In this document: piece after piece, positions 28,514 to 38,558 of the stretch
Numbering within the stretch: the first letter of the stretch is position 1
How the letters are laid out: each line of letters starts with the position of its first letter
Source: Candidatus Marinacidobacterales bacterium
Lineage (GTDB): Bacteria > Acidobacteriota > Vicinamibacteria > Marinacidobacterales > DATDRI01
DNA: 64,000 bases
Reading direction: 5' to 3'
Assembly: GCA_965226495.1 (NCBI GenBank)
Contig: OZ245365.1
Span: 608,001-672,000, forward strand
Translations under genes and position numbers: made by a program
The notes under the pieces: model-generated
What the model saw: only the letters and a program-made list of their open reading frames with translations
What the model was told of the DNA's origin: nothing
Database searches by the model: none

Positions 28514-31500
28514 ATGGGGAGTGGTGCGCCCGGTAACAAGATCCTGGGTCTTGCTCTGCTTGCTGTCACCTGTCTATTCGGAACGACCTCGCCCTCCTAT
28601 GCCCAGATCGCGACCGGTACCTACATCGGGGACAACAGCGCAGGCCGTGTGATCACAGTTGGCTTCCAGCCGGACATCGTCATTATTAAGGTCGACGACG
28701 GAAGCATTTCCACTCCAACACAGGGGGTCATCAGAACCTCCACGATGGGCAACACGAAGGAAGCCTGGGGCAGTTCCGCCCTCCAGGCTGGTTACATCAC
28801 AGCGCTCACGGGTACGGGGTTCACCGTGGGCAACGACATTCGAGTCAATGGCAGGGATATCTGCGGGCTGGGGACGGACCCTTGTGTCTACTACTGGATT
28901 GCCCTCAAGGCCGATAGCGATATCAAACTCGGCACCTACGTTGGCGACGGGAACGCCACGCAGTCCGTCACCGGGGTGGGTTTCTCTCCCGAGTACGTGA
29001 TGACGATGGCTGACGCCAATCACTACCCTTACAACCGCACCAATCAGGGAACCGTGGAATCTCGTCGGCTGCGCAACGGAGGAACACCCAACAACGGCCT
29101 TCCATCTCTCGACGTCGGCGGCTTCACCGTCGGAAATGCAGGAAGTACCTCCGAGTTTCAAAACGAGAACCTCGTGACCTACCACTACATCGCGCTCAAT
29201 GACGTCCCTGGGAAGATCAAGGTGGGTGGCTACGCAGGCATCGGGTCCTCGCAAAACATCACTGGACTCGGTTTTCAACCCGAATTCGTGATGACGCAGG
29301 CTTGGACCGACTCCAAGGAGGCGAATTTCAAGAGCGACAAGATGGCGGCCGGCGAGACGATGGACTTTGCTTCGGCCGTTCTTACGGGTCGCATCACGGC
29401 GATTCTTCCCGATGGTTTCACCGTGACCGGTGACAGCCGCGTCGGAAACTCCGGCGAAAGCTACGGTTACGTCGCCTTCAACGCCGGTCAAAACCCGCTT
29501 TGCTGGGACCCAAGCTACTTACACCGTCAGCAGGTGACGGTCTCGGCCGGATCCGTCGCGGTCCCGGCCGACTACACGCAATCTTTGACGTTCGACCACG
29601 CGGCGCTGGTCTCGGCGGGAAAATCCCTGGCGAACGGCGACGATCTCCGAGTTGTCTATTGGAATGGCGCTACCTGGGAAGAGCTCAACCGCATCCTCGA
29701 TCCCGCGTCCTCGTGGAACAGCGCCACAACCACGATCTTGTTCAAGCTACCGGCCGGAATCGCTGCCTCTTCTTCGGACACCAACTACTACCTTCATTAT
29801 GGCAACCCCGCCGCGACCAATCCGCCCGCGGACCCCGCATACGTATACGTCCATTACGATGGCTACGAGAGTGGGGACTACGGTGGCTGGACCGGTGAGA
29901 GCTCGGGGCCCGGAGACACCAACACTATCGTCACTGGGCCATCTCCCGTTCACAGTGGCACCTACGCCTCGGAGTCCTTCGTGGACGGCGACGCGGTTCA
30001 GTCGGACTGGGCGTTCGTCGACGAGGACTTCACCGGCAAGCCGGGTCTGCACTCGACGATCTGGGTCTACATTCCGACCGGCTACACCGCAGAAGATGAC
30101 ATCACCGTTCTTCATACCTACACCGGTGGCTGGACGACGAAGGTGGCGTCTTTGGCAATCCGCTCACCTATTGGGGATATGAGGCCCCTCCTTGGCATTC
30201 ACCCGGCCGGACCCACGTTTCATTTCGGTACCGGTACCGCGCTGAGTTTGGATACATGGCACAAGTTGGAGATGAAAATCTGGGTCGATCCCGTCAACGG
30301 GCGCGCCGAGGTGTGGCAAGACGACGTCAAGACCATAGACCTGACCGGCGTCAACACCGGCAGTGGACCCATCGACCATACGATCCACAACATATTTCAT
30401 AAGACGATTAGCGCCGTGCTCCCCGACACTCTCTATTTCGACGACTCTCTCGACCAGGTCTGGCTGGATGGCAACGACCCGACCGCCGTCTTAGGTGCCG
30501 AAACGGATGGGTGCGCCTGCGATTGGCAATTCACCAAGAAGATCACGATCGATCACACGAAAGTCGGGCTGGATAACACGGGCTCCCTGTCCGGCAACTT
30601 TCCCGTCTTCATCGATATCACCGCGGATTACCTGAAGACGACAGCAAACGGTGGCGACATACAAAACGCCAACGGCTATGACATCATCTTCCTGGATTCC
30701 GACCAGATGACTCCGCTCGACTACGAGGTCGAAAAATACGATGGATCGACTGGGCGCCTCGTGGCGTGGGTGAGCGTGCCCAACCTGTCCAAGGCGACCG
30801 ACCGAGATATCTTCCTTTCTTATAGCAACGCCTGCATCTTCTCGTCTCAGGAGAACGTCGCCAATATTTGGACTTCCTTCAACGGAGTCTGGCACTCCAA
30901 GGAAACACCAGCAGACGGAACGACCGATGCTCATCGAGATTCGACCTCAAACAACAACCACGGAACCCCAGAGGACTTCGAAGATGGAGACGGCGGATCG
31001 ACCGACGCGGTAGGCAATTTCGATGGCGCCAATGATTACAAGGTTAATGCCGACCGAGTGGCAGTCAATGACGACGCGAGTCTGGAGCCCAGTGGCGACA
31101 TGACCCTGGAGGCTTGGGTGCAGTTCGATGCATCGACGGACGGATCGATCGTCTACAAGCGTCATTCGGCAGCGCCATGGTTCTCTTATCAACTCTACGC
31201 GAGCAGCTCGCAAGGCACCTTTAAGCCGTTTTTTGAATGGAGAAATAGTTCAGGGACCGCCTGGGTCACGTTCCAGACTGCTGGTGCATTGAGCATGGGG
31301 ACTTGGTACCACCTGGTTGGTGTGCATTCGGGAACGGATCTCAAACTCTATATCAACGGAAGTAACGTCAACGTGACGAATGGGACGACTTCTGGGACGC
31401 TCTTCGATTCCGATTTCGAACTTAATATCGGGGCGACTTGGAGCGGAGGTCTGTCGATTGACGGTATCATCGACGAGGTTCGCATTTCTCCTAGCGCTCG

Positions 31501-34500
31501 CTCGGAGGATTGGATTCTGACCTCCTACAACCAGGGCTTACCCTCTTTCTACACCATTGAAAGTGCCGAGGACGTGACCCTTGCCGATCATGCGGTAGGT
31601 CAGGAATCGGACAAGTTCTTCTCCGCCCCCTCGGTCACGGGAGCGGAGCTCTTTGCCTTTCAGCTCACCAACAACACAGCCGGCGCCCTCACCGTGGACC
31701 AAGTGGTTCTGCCCCTGTCCGCCGTCAGTGGAATTGCCGATACGGATTTCGCCAATCTGCTTCTCTACGTAGATGACAACGGAGATGGAACGATCGATGG
31801 CTCCGATGTCACCGGCACGGTGGGGGGCTCGGGTTCCGTCGACGCGGGCGTGACGACAATCACTTTCGGTGCGAATTTCCCGATAGCCGCCAGCTCAACC
31901 GTCAACTACATCCTCATCGGGGACGCAAACAATCTGGTCTCCAACGACACGGTCACCATCGATCTAGATACTACTGATGTAACGCTCCTTTCGGGCACCG
32001 TGGCAGGTGTTGCGGCTACGAGTGCCACGCATACGTCGGATTGCCCCTTCAGCTTCTCGAGGCCGATTACCATCGACTACACCAAGGTCGGCGTGGACAA
32101 CACCGGCTCGATACCCAATTTCCCCTTCCTGGTCAGTCTCACGCGGGACTACCTCAAGAGCTCCGGCAACGGAGGGGACGTCCAAGATATCAACGGCTAC
32201 GACATAACTTTTCGGGCCGCGGACATGATGACGCAGCTCGACCACGAGGTGGAGACCTACAATCCGGTAACGGGTGAGCTAGTGGCTTGGGTGAGGATCC
32301 CGATTCTCTCGAAGTCCGCCGACACCGTCATTCACATGTTCTATGGCAGCGCCTGCGTGAGCTCATCCCAGGAGAATCCCGCCGGTCTGTGGGACGCATG
32401 CTACAAGGGTGTCTGGCATCTCCCCGAGGAGCAGGCAGGGATCGGCAACCTCGATCTTTATGTCGACTCGACTTCCCCTTCTTACGACGGTGACGACTAT
32501 GTCGTGGCAACCGGGCAAAACGGGCAAGTAAACGGTGGGCAAGAGTTCGATGGCGTGGGTGACTATATCGACACCGGTGCCGATGATCCACTGGATATCA
32601 CAGGGCCGCTGACGATGTCTGCGTGGGTGTATCGTCGAAGCACTGTCAACACTCACCATATCGGATCAAAAAACACTGGGCCCCTTACCCCTTGGCAGTT
32701 CGCCATGGTGTCGTCGACTAATGTCCTGAGACATTTTGTTGCGTCAGGCCCCGGTGGCCAAGGCGTTGGTTGGGAATCCCTCGATTCGAACGATCCGGTG
32801 GCCCTTGATGAATGGCACCACGTGGCGGTCGTGAGAACTCTGACCGACGTCACGTTCTATATCGATGGTGTCCAAGATTCGGGCGGGTGGCAGGCAATGA
32901 CAATCTTTCCGACCGCCAATGCTACTACTGCGAAGCTGGGCGCTCATGCGGATGTCACCGTGAGTTTCTTCGATGGGTTCATGGATGAGATCCGGATTTC
33001 CTGTGAGGCGCGCTCCGCGGACTGGCTCCGGACGTCTTACAACAACCAGAGCGGCCCCAATGGCTCCTTTTCAGTGGGCGAGTGTCCCGACTTGTCGGTC
33101 GCCGATGCCGGGAACACCATCACCGTCACCGCTCCCAACAGCTTCGAGATGACCTTCGACACCTCCGCGGGAGGTGCCATCAAGACTTTCTATGACCTGG
33201 CAGAGGGACCCTCAGGAGTGAACGATCTGGCAGGTGACTTGAATACCGTCCAGGGGCTCCACAACTCCGGGGTGAGATTTTCCAGCACCAATTACAACAC
33301 TTCGAAGAACAGTACTGCGAAACTGGACCTGCTCGAGGCTACTGCGACGCGAGTAAAGGTTCGCCAGGAAGCGTTTTACGAGTCCAACGCCGGCGTCATA
33401 CTCGCTGGCATCAAAGGCCGTGGTGACTACAGTATTTACCCGTCCGGAAGGCTTGCGCTTCGTTGGAACCGACGGACCACAACCGCGTGGACATACGACA
33501 CCGAATACCATGAGCTAGTCGCCCACTACATGACCACTCCGCCACTCGACTCTTGGGCTTCTTCCAGCGATACGGACGATACGCCAGATAACGCGGGAAC
33601 GGATACTTTTCTGCTGCATCAGAATGAGGTGGTCGGAGCGAGGACTGACTTTCTCGACATCATTTATCAGGACTGGATCTTGGGCAACGGCTACCTCGGT
33701 GACGCCGACATAGCCGGCTGGGGTACGAACGGCCCCAATGAACGTCTGAACGCCTATTGGGATGATTTGACAAGCACCCCGCTGCCTGCCAACCGAAGTG
33801 ATCTCTGGAACTTCCTGACTTACTTCAAGCCGGTGAATTTGGGTAGAACGCCAAACCCGTGGGAAGACACCGAAGTCAAGGGTCGTCGAGATGACTATCG
33901 GGTCACCGGCGCCTGTCCGACTTGTGGGCCCGACAACCTGGCGAGTCCCGCCGTTCCCATCGCGGGCGGCGGCTGGTTTCATCCAAGCGAGAATACTACC
34001 GGGCCGTCCGATTTCTTCAATGAGTCGGAAGCCGTTTACACGTTGGAATTCGACATGTCCGCGGGCCTTGAATTCGACATCGACGGTGGCACGGGAACAC
34101 CTCCTACACGGTACTCGCCGGTGCTGAAGATCCGCCACTGGCGTTCGTTCCAGGATCCGGAAACGGTGACGCTCGAGGGCACAACGTTAACCAACGACGT
34201 CGACTTCAAGGCGGATGTCAAGCCGATTGCCCGCGCACACTTTGCGGACGAACTCACCTGGTACTCGACGCTCCAGAGCGCGGCGGTCACTTCGACTCCC
34301 ACGGTGGGCACGACGACGGCTGTCTCTGGCGGGATCAGTTTCGTGGGTGCCAAGTACGGCAGCGGCGCGTCGATCGACGCAAACGGCGACACCATCACGT
34401 TCCCGGCGGCTCAGAACTTCAATGCGAGCGAGGGCACGGTGGAGTTCTGGTACCGGCCGAGCTACGAGTGCCAGCCGGCCCCGGGGACCTGCGACGGCGC

Positions 34501-37500
34501 GAGCCACGTATTCTGGCATATGCAGCAAGTCCCGACGGACTACTTCGCCTTCCGCAAGTCGGCCAGCAACGCGCTCGATTTCGAGACGCGCAACAATTCG
34601 AGCGGTCTCACCACGACCAAGACGGTTGCGCTGGCAGACTTCGGGTGGAGGGCCGAGGACTGGGTGCACCTGCGCGTGACCTGGGACAGCTCGGCCCCGG
34701 TGGCGAGCGACCGTCTCATGATCTACGTGAACGGCATGGCGCCCACGCAGTCGATCGCCGGCGGACCTTTCAACGGGGCTGGCCTAACAGTCGGCCCGAA
34801 CTACATCGGCACGACCTCGTCCGGGGGCAATCATGCTTCCGGCATCCTCGACGAGTTCCGCGTCTACAGCACGGCGAATGCGCCGACGCCACTCGCTCAC
34901 GGGGGGCTGACGTCGAGCGCAAACGAGTACTTGGCGAGCACAAGCCAGAACTTCCAGCTCGCGTTCGATGGGGTGGACGTGGACCGGCGAGGCGAGTACG
35001 CGTACTTTGGCGCGGACTCGCAGTTCCGTGGTCTGAACATAGGTCTGAGTGTAGTGGGAACGGGTGTGGGTGCCGGCGATTTGGTGTGGGAGTACTGGAA
35101 CGGAACGACGGGTGCCTGGGATGATCTGGAAGCGGTGTTGAACTTCACCGACGAGACGGACTCGCTGACGAAGTCGAACGGCACGGTGTACTGGGAAGAG
35201 GACCCTCCGAACTGGGCGGAGTACTCTGTTAACGGAAGCCCCGATCTCTACTACATACGGGCGCATCTCGTGAACGGGGCGAGCTACGGTACGCCGCCGA
35301 CTGAAGCTTTGATAAAAACCGACATTCTGTTGTTCCAGTACTGCAGCGATATTACCCAGGCCGCGCAGACTTTTAACTTCGCGGTACCGCTCGCGACAGC
35401 GGTGGAGCTGGTGTCGTTCGACGCTCCCCAAGACGCTCAGCCTCTCGATGGGGCCGTGGCTTTGGAGTGGACGACCGGCTCGGAGCTTGACAACCTCGGG
35501 TTCCATCTCTACCGAGCGGAATCGGAGGAAGGCCCGTTCACGCGGATCACCGCGAGCGTGATACCCGGACTCGGTTCTTCCCCGCAAGGAGCCACGTATA
35601 GCTATAGGGATTCCGGGCTCACCAACGGCGTGACCTACTACTACCAGCTGGAGGACATCGAGACCACAGGGAAGAAAGAGTTTAATGGCCCGGTATCGGC
35701 GACGCCCACAACAGAAGTTGTAGTGGAAGGGGACCCTGACGGCGAGGAGGGTTCGTCTGGAGCCGAGCTCGGCGAGCTGTCGTCTCGCATCACTTTTGGA
35801 GATCCATCTGCGAACGAGCTGAAGGTACGCCGCCGCGGTAAGAAGTGGATGGAGCTAACGCTCATCACCGAAGGCTTCTACGCGATCCCTCAAGAAGATG
35901 GCTCGGTACTGCTCGAGGTCCCGGGGTTCGAAGACTTCGGTGGTCCAGACTTGCCCGATGTCCCTGCCTACCGCACCTGGCAAGACGTCCTGGCGGGCCG
36001 GAATGTAACTCTAGTTTCGGTGAAGACTTTCGACGTCACCGAGTTTGCGAGCCTGCGCCCGAGCTCGTCCGAGCTGATTGTGGTGGCCAGCGGAGATGGA
36101 ACGGTCCAGACCAGACGTCGCCGCAAGAAACGCCGCAAGCCCCCGCACGTGTACTACCCAGAGAAGTGGGCCCAGTTGATGAGTGTGGGTTTCCAGGGAG
36201 CGGCGAAGAAGGCGCTGGTCGAGATGGCCCCGCTGCGTTGGGATGCGACGGCGGAGCGTCTGGTACTAGCTCGACGTGTAGTAGTTCGGATCTCGTTCAA
36301 GGGCAAGGACAAGGCAGAGCTGAAGCTAGGTAAGAGCCACCGAGAAGTAGGAAGCCACGCCAACCGGAGCGTCTACGCCCGGATAGCGGTGACGGGGCCT
36401 GGCCTCTATGGGGTGAGCTACGAGTCGGTATTCGGCCAAATAGGTAAGACGAGAAAGGCCATCAAGACCAGCTCTTTGAGGCTGAGCCGTCAGGGCGAGC
36501 CGGTGGCGTTTTTCGTGAGCCCGAACTCGAAGAAGTTCAAGAAGAAGTCGGTGCTGTACTTCCTGAGCGATGGTGCGGACTTGAACCCCTATGGCCATGA
36601 AGCGGTCTACGAGCTCGAAGCCAGCCAACAAGGACTCCACATGGAATCCCTGAACGGAGCTCCGGTGGGAGCCCCGACCACCTTCTACTGGAAGACGGTG
36701 GAGCGGGAAGAGAATCTGCTCTACCAGGCTGCCTTTGAGGGCGAAGAAGACATCTGGCAGTGGGATTGGCTGTTCGGCCCGATGACGAACGGCTACCCCT
36801 TCGAAGTCACGAACCTGTCGCCGGTGGCCGAAAACTCGAAACTGAGAGTGTGGCTCCACGGAGCGAGCGATTTCCCCGAAGATCCGGACCACCACGTCAG
36901 ACTCTACATAAACGGGATTCTCGTTAATGACACGTGGTGGGACGGCGAGACGCCTCACTTCGTCGAAGCGGAGCTGGGTCCTGGATTGCTCCTAGAGGGT
37001 GAGAACACTCTAGAAATAGAAGAAGTGGGGGACACGGAAGCTCAGTACTCGATGGTGATGCTGGACCGTTTCGAGGTGAGCTACCCATCGCAACTAATCG
37101 ACGAACTGGACGGAAGCTTCACCCAATCAGGGTTAGCCATCATCTCCGGCGGAGCAGGACACCTTTTCGACGTGACGGAGGCCCAACCGAAACGCTTGAG
37201 CGGAGTGCAAGCAACTCAAGACGGATTGAGCTTCGGTGCGGCGTCGGCCCATCGCTACCTATTGGCGAGTTCGGTGCTGACTCCAGAGGTAAGACCGGCG
37301 CAGTCGACGGGTCTGAAGAAGGCGTGGAGTCGAGCGGAGTACCTGGTCATCGGTCCAAGGGAGTTCCTTGATGCTGCGGAGCCTCTGCTGGCCCACCGGA
37401 GAAACGAGGGCTTGATCGCAGGAGCGATTGCGACGGAAGACATCTTCGATGAGTTTGGATATGGAGAGTCGACCCCGGAATCGATCAAGGACTTCCTGAG

Positions 37501-38377
37501 CTATGTGTACCACCACTGGAGTGAGCCGACCCTGCGGTACGTCGTCTTACTAGGAGATGGTACCTACGATTTCAAAGATTACCTAGCGACGGGCGTTGCG
37601 AGCTATGTCCCAGTGAAGATCGTGGAGACTCGCTACATGTGGACGGCGTCGGATCCCTGGTATGGCGCGATCAATGGAGATGACATCCTACCGGACGTCG
37701 CCATAGGGCGACTTCCAGCTGCATCGGTCGGCGAAGTGCAAGCGTTGGTGCAGAAGATCCTCGACTATGAGTCTGGAGAAGGGGACCCGGGGGCTCCGAT
37801 CGTTCTTATAACGGATAACCCGGACGTTGCAGGGAACTTCGACGCGGATGCTGAGGAGATAGCATCAACGTTGCTGACCGAACAAGGCGTCGAGAAGGTC
37901 TACCTGAGTCAGCTTGGACCCGCTGTCGCGCGCGGAGCCATCCTCAATGCTTTCGACGACGGTGCCTCGATCGTGAGTTACTTGGGTCATGGCGCAATCC
38001 ATTTGTGGGCTCAGGAAAACTTGCTCGACATCTGGCAAGTGGGTTCCCTGGCACCACAGTCGCAGCAACCGCTCTTATTCACGATGAACTGCCTGAATGG
38101 GTACTTCCACTTCCCGTATCACAACTCGCTTTCGGAAGAGCTCTTGAAGGCAGAAGGGAAAGGCGTTATCGCTGCCTTTTCGCCGACCGGGTTGAGTTTG
38201 AACAGTCCGGCACATCGTTTCCACAAGGCGCTTCTCCAACAAGTCGTGCACAGCGACCATGAGCGATTGGGAGACGCGATACTTGCCGGTCAAGGAGTTT
38301 ACGCGCACACTGGAGCCTTCCCCGAGCTTCTGAGCATCTATCATCTATTAGGTGATCCTGCCCTCAGGCTTCGCTAA
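28514..38377 (+). CDS. G3: giant (~3287 aa) protein with GTY.G repeats, DUF2341-like and LamG/concanavalin-like domains, and the C25 peptidase cassette
   Basis: Signal-like KILGLALLAVTCLFGTTSPSYA|Q. DUF2341-like motifs (NFP..I, NGYDI.F, LD.EVE.Y, L.AWV..P.LS) and LamG motifs (WYHLVGV, LYING, G.IDEVRIS). TAVEL at 35396; YLGHGA / MNCLNG. Confidence 0.9.
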   Translation: MGSGAPGNKILGLALLAVTCLFGTTSPSYAQIATGTYIGDNSAGRVITVGFQPDIVIIKVDDGSISTPTQGVIRTSTMGNTKEAWGSSALQAGYITALTGTGFTVGNDIRVNGRDICGLGTDPCVYYWIALKADSDIKLGTYVGDGNATQSVTGVGFSPEYVMTMADANHYPYNRTNQGTVESRRLRNGGTPNNGLPSLDVGGFTVGNAGSTSEFQNENLVTYHYIALNDVPGKIKVGGYAGIGSSQNITGLGFQPEFVMTQAWTDSKEANFKSDKMAAGETMDFASAVLTGRITAILPDGFTVTGDSRVGNSGESYGYVAFNAGQNPLCWDPSYLHRQQVTVSAGSVAVPADYTQSLTFDHAALVSAGKSLANGDDLRVVYWNGATWEELNRILDPASSWNSATTTILFKLPAGIAASSSDTNYYLHYGNPAATNPPADPAYVYVHYDGYESGDYGGWTGESSGPGDTNTIVTGPSPVHSGTYASESFVDGDAVQSDWAFVDEDFTGKPGLHSTIWVYIPTGYTAEDDITVLHTYTGGWTTKVASLAIRSPIGDMRPLLGIHPAGPTFHFGTGTALSLDTWHKLEMKIWVDPVNGRAEVWQDDVKTIDLTGVNTGSGPIDHTIHNIFHKTISAVLPDTLYFDDSLDQVWLDGNDPTAVLGAETDGCACDWQFTKKITIDHTKVGLDNTGSLSGNFPVFIDITADYLKTTANGGDIQNANGYDIIFLDSDQMTPLDYEVEKYDGSTGRLVAWVSVPNLSKATDRDIFLSYSNACIFSSQENVANIWTSFNGVWHSKETPADGTTDAHRDSTSNNNHGTPEDFEDGDGGSTDAVGNFDGANDYKVNADRVAVNDDASLEPSGDMTLEAWVQFDASTDGSIVYKRHSAAPWFSYQLYASSSQGTFKPFFEWRNSSGTAWVTFQTAGALSMGTWYHLVGVHSGTDLKLYINGSNVNVTNGTTSGTLFDSDFELNIGATWSGGLSIDGIIDEVRISPSARSEDWILTSYNQGLPSFYTIESAEDVTLADHAVGQESDKFFSAPSVTGAELFAFQLTNNTAGALTVDQVVLPLSAVSGIADTDFANLLLYVDDNGDGTIDGSDVTGTVGGSGSVDAGVTTITFGANFPIAASSTVNYILIGDANNLVSNDTVTIDLDTTDVTLLSGTVAGVAATSATHTSDCPFSFSRPITIDYTKVGVDNTGSIPNFPFLVSLTRDYLKSSGNGGDVQDINGYDITFRAADMMTQLDHEVETYNPVTGELVAWVRIPILSKSADTVIHMFYGSACVSSSQENPAGLWDACYKGVWHLPEEQAGIGNLDLYVDSTSPSYDGDDYVVATGQNGQVNGGQEFDGVGDYIDTGADDPLDITGPLTMSAWVYRRSTVNTHHIGSKNTGPLTPWQFAMVSSTNVLRHFVASGPGGQGVGWESLDSNDPVALDEWHHVAVVRTLTDVTFYIDGVQDSGGWQAMTIFPTANATTAKLGAHADVTVSFFDGFMDEIRISCEARSADWLRTSYNNQSGPNGSFSVGECPDLSVADAGNTITVTAPNSFEMTFDTSAGGAIKTFYDLAEGPSGVNDLAGDLNTVQGLHNSGVRFSSTNYNTSKNSTAKLDLLEATATRVKVRQEAFYESNAGVILAGIKGRGDYSIYPSGRLALRWNRRTTTAWTYDTEYHELVAHYMTTPPLDSWASSSDTDDTPDNAGTDTFLLHQNEVVGARTDFLDIIYQDWILGNGYLGDADIAGWGTNGPNERLNAYWDDLTSTPLPANRSDLWNFLTYFKPVNLGRTPNPWEDTEVKGRRDDYRVTGACPTCGPDNLASPAVPIAGGGWFHPSENTTGPSDFFNESEAVYTLEFDMSAGLEFDIDGGTGTPPTRYSPVLKIRHWRSFQDPETVTLEGTTLTNDVDFKADVKPIARAHFADELTWYSTLQSAAVTSTPTVGTTTAVSGGISFVGAKYGSGASIDANGDTITFPAAQNFNASEGTVEFWYRPSYECQPAPGTCDGASHVFWHMQQVPTDYFAFRKSASNALDFETRNNSSGLTTTKTVALADFGWRAEDWVHLRVTWDSSAPVASDRLMIYVNGMAPTQSIAGGPFNGAGLTVGPNYIGTTSSGGNHASGILDEFRVYSTANAPTPLAHGGLTSSANEYLASTSQNFQLAFDGVDVDRRGEYAYFGADSQFRGLNIGLSVVGTGVGAGDLVWEYWNGTTGAWDDLEAVLNFTDETDSLTKSNGTVYWEEDPPNWAEYSVNGSPDLYYIRAHLVNGASYGTPPTEALIKTDILLFQYCSDITQAAQTFNFAVPLATAVELVSFDAPQDAQPLDGAVALEWTTGSELDNLGFHLYRAESEEGPFTRITASVIPGLGSSPQGATYSYRDSGLTNGVTYYYQLEDIETTGKKEFNGPVSATPTTEVVVEGDPDGEEGSSGAELGELSSRITFGDPSANELKVRRRGKKWMELTLITEGFYAIPQEDGSVLLEVPGFEDFGGPDLPDVPAYRTWQDVLAGRNVTLVSVKTFDVTEFASLRPSSSELIVVASGDGTVQTRRRRKKRRKPPHVYYPEKWAQLMSVGFQGAAKKALVEMAPLRWDATAERLVLARRVVVRISFKGKDKAELKLGKSHREVGSHANRSVYARIAVTGPGLYGVSYESVFGQIGKTRKAIKTSSLRLSRQGEPVAFFVSPNSKKFKKKSVLYFLSDGADLNPYGHEAVYELEASQQGLHMESLNGAPVGAPTTFYWKTVEREENLLYQAAFEGEEDIWQWDWLFGPMTNGYPFEVTNLSPVAENSKLRVWLHGASDFPEDPDHHVRLYINGILVNDTWWDGETPHFVEAELGPGLLLEGENTLEIEEVGDTEAQYSMVMLDRFEVSYPSQLIDELDGSFTQSGLAIISGGAGHLFDVTEAQPKRLSGVQATQDGLSFGAASAHRYLLASSVLTPEVRPAQSTGLKKAWSRAEYLVIGPREFLDAAEPLLAHRRNEGLIAGAIATEDIFDEFGYGESTPESIKDFLSYVYHHWSEPTLRYVVLLGDGTYDFKDYLATGVASYVPVKIVETRYMWTASDPWYGAINGDDILPDVAIGRLPAASVGEVQALVQKILDYESGEGDPGAPIVLITDNPDVAGNFDADAEEIASTLLTEQGVEKVYLSQLGPAVARGAILNAFDDGASIVSYLGHGAIHLWAQENLLDIWQVGSLAPQSQQPLLFTMNCLNGYFHFPYHNSLSEELLKAEGKGVIAAFSPTGLSLNSPAHRFHKALLQQVVHSDHERLGDAILAGQGVYAHTGAFPELLSIYHLLGDPALRLR

Positions 38378-38387
38378 CCTTCCCGTT

Positions 38388-38499
38388 GTAGTCGAAACCC
38401 CTCACTATCCAATACGCCCCTTCAGCTAACGCTGTAAGTGGTTGACGATTAAACGATTGCAAAGAGGCCCAACTGCGAGGGTTCGGCACGACCATTGCA
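38388..38499 (+). promoter_or_regulatory. sigma54 promoter of G4 with IHF-like site and upstream 16-bp motif
   Basis: CGGCAC-GACCA-TTGCA at 38484-38499, TAAGTGGTTGACG at 38435-38447, GTAGTCGAAACCCCTC at 38388-38403. Confidence 0.72.
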
Positions 38500-38558
38500 T
38501 TACTCCAACCGACCAGAGGGAGAAGTCCGCCCTTGTAGGGTCAATGCCGCGAATCAAT

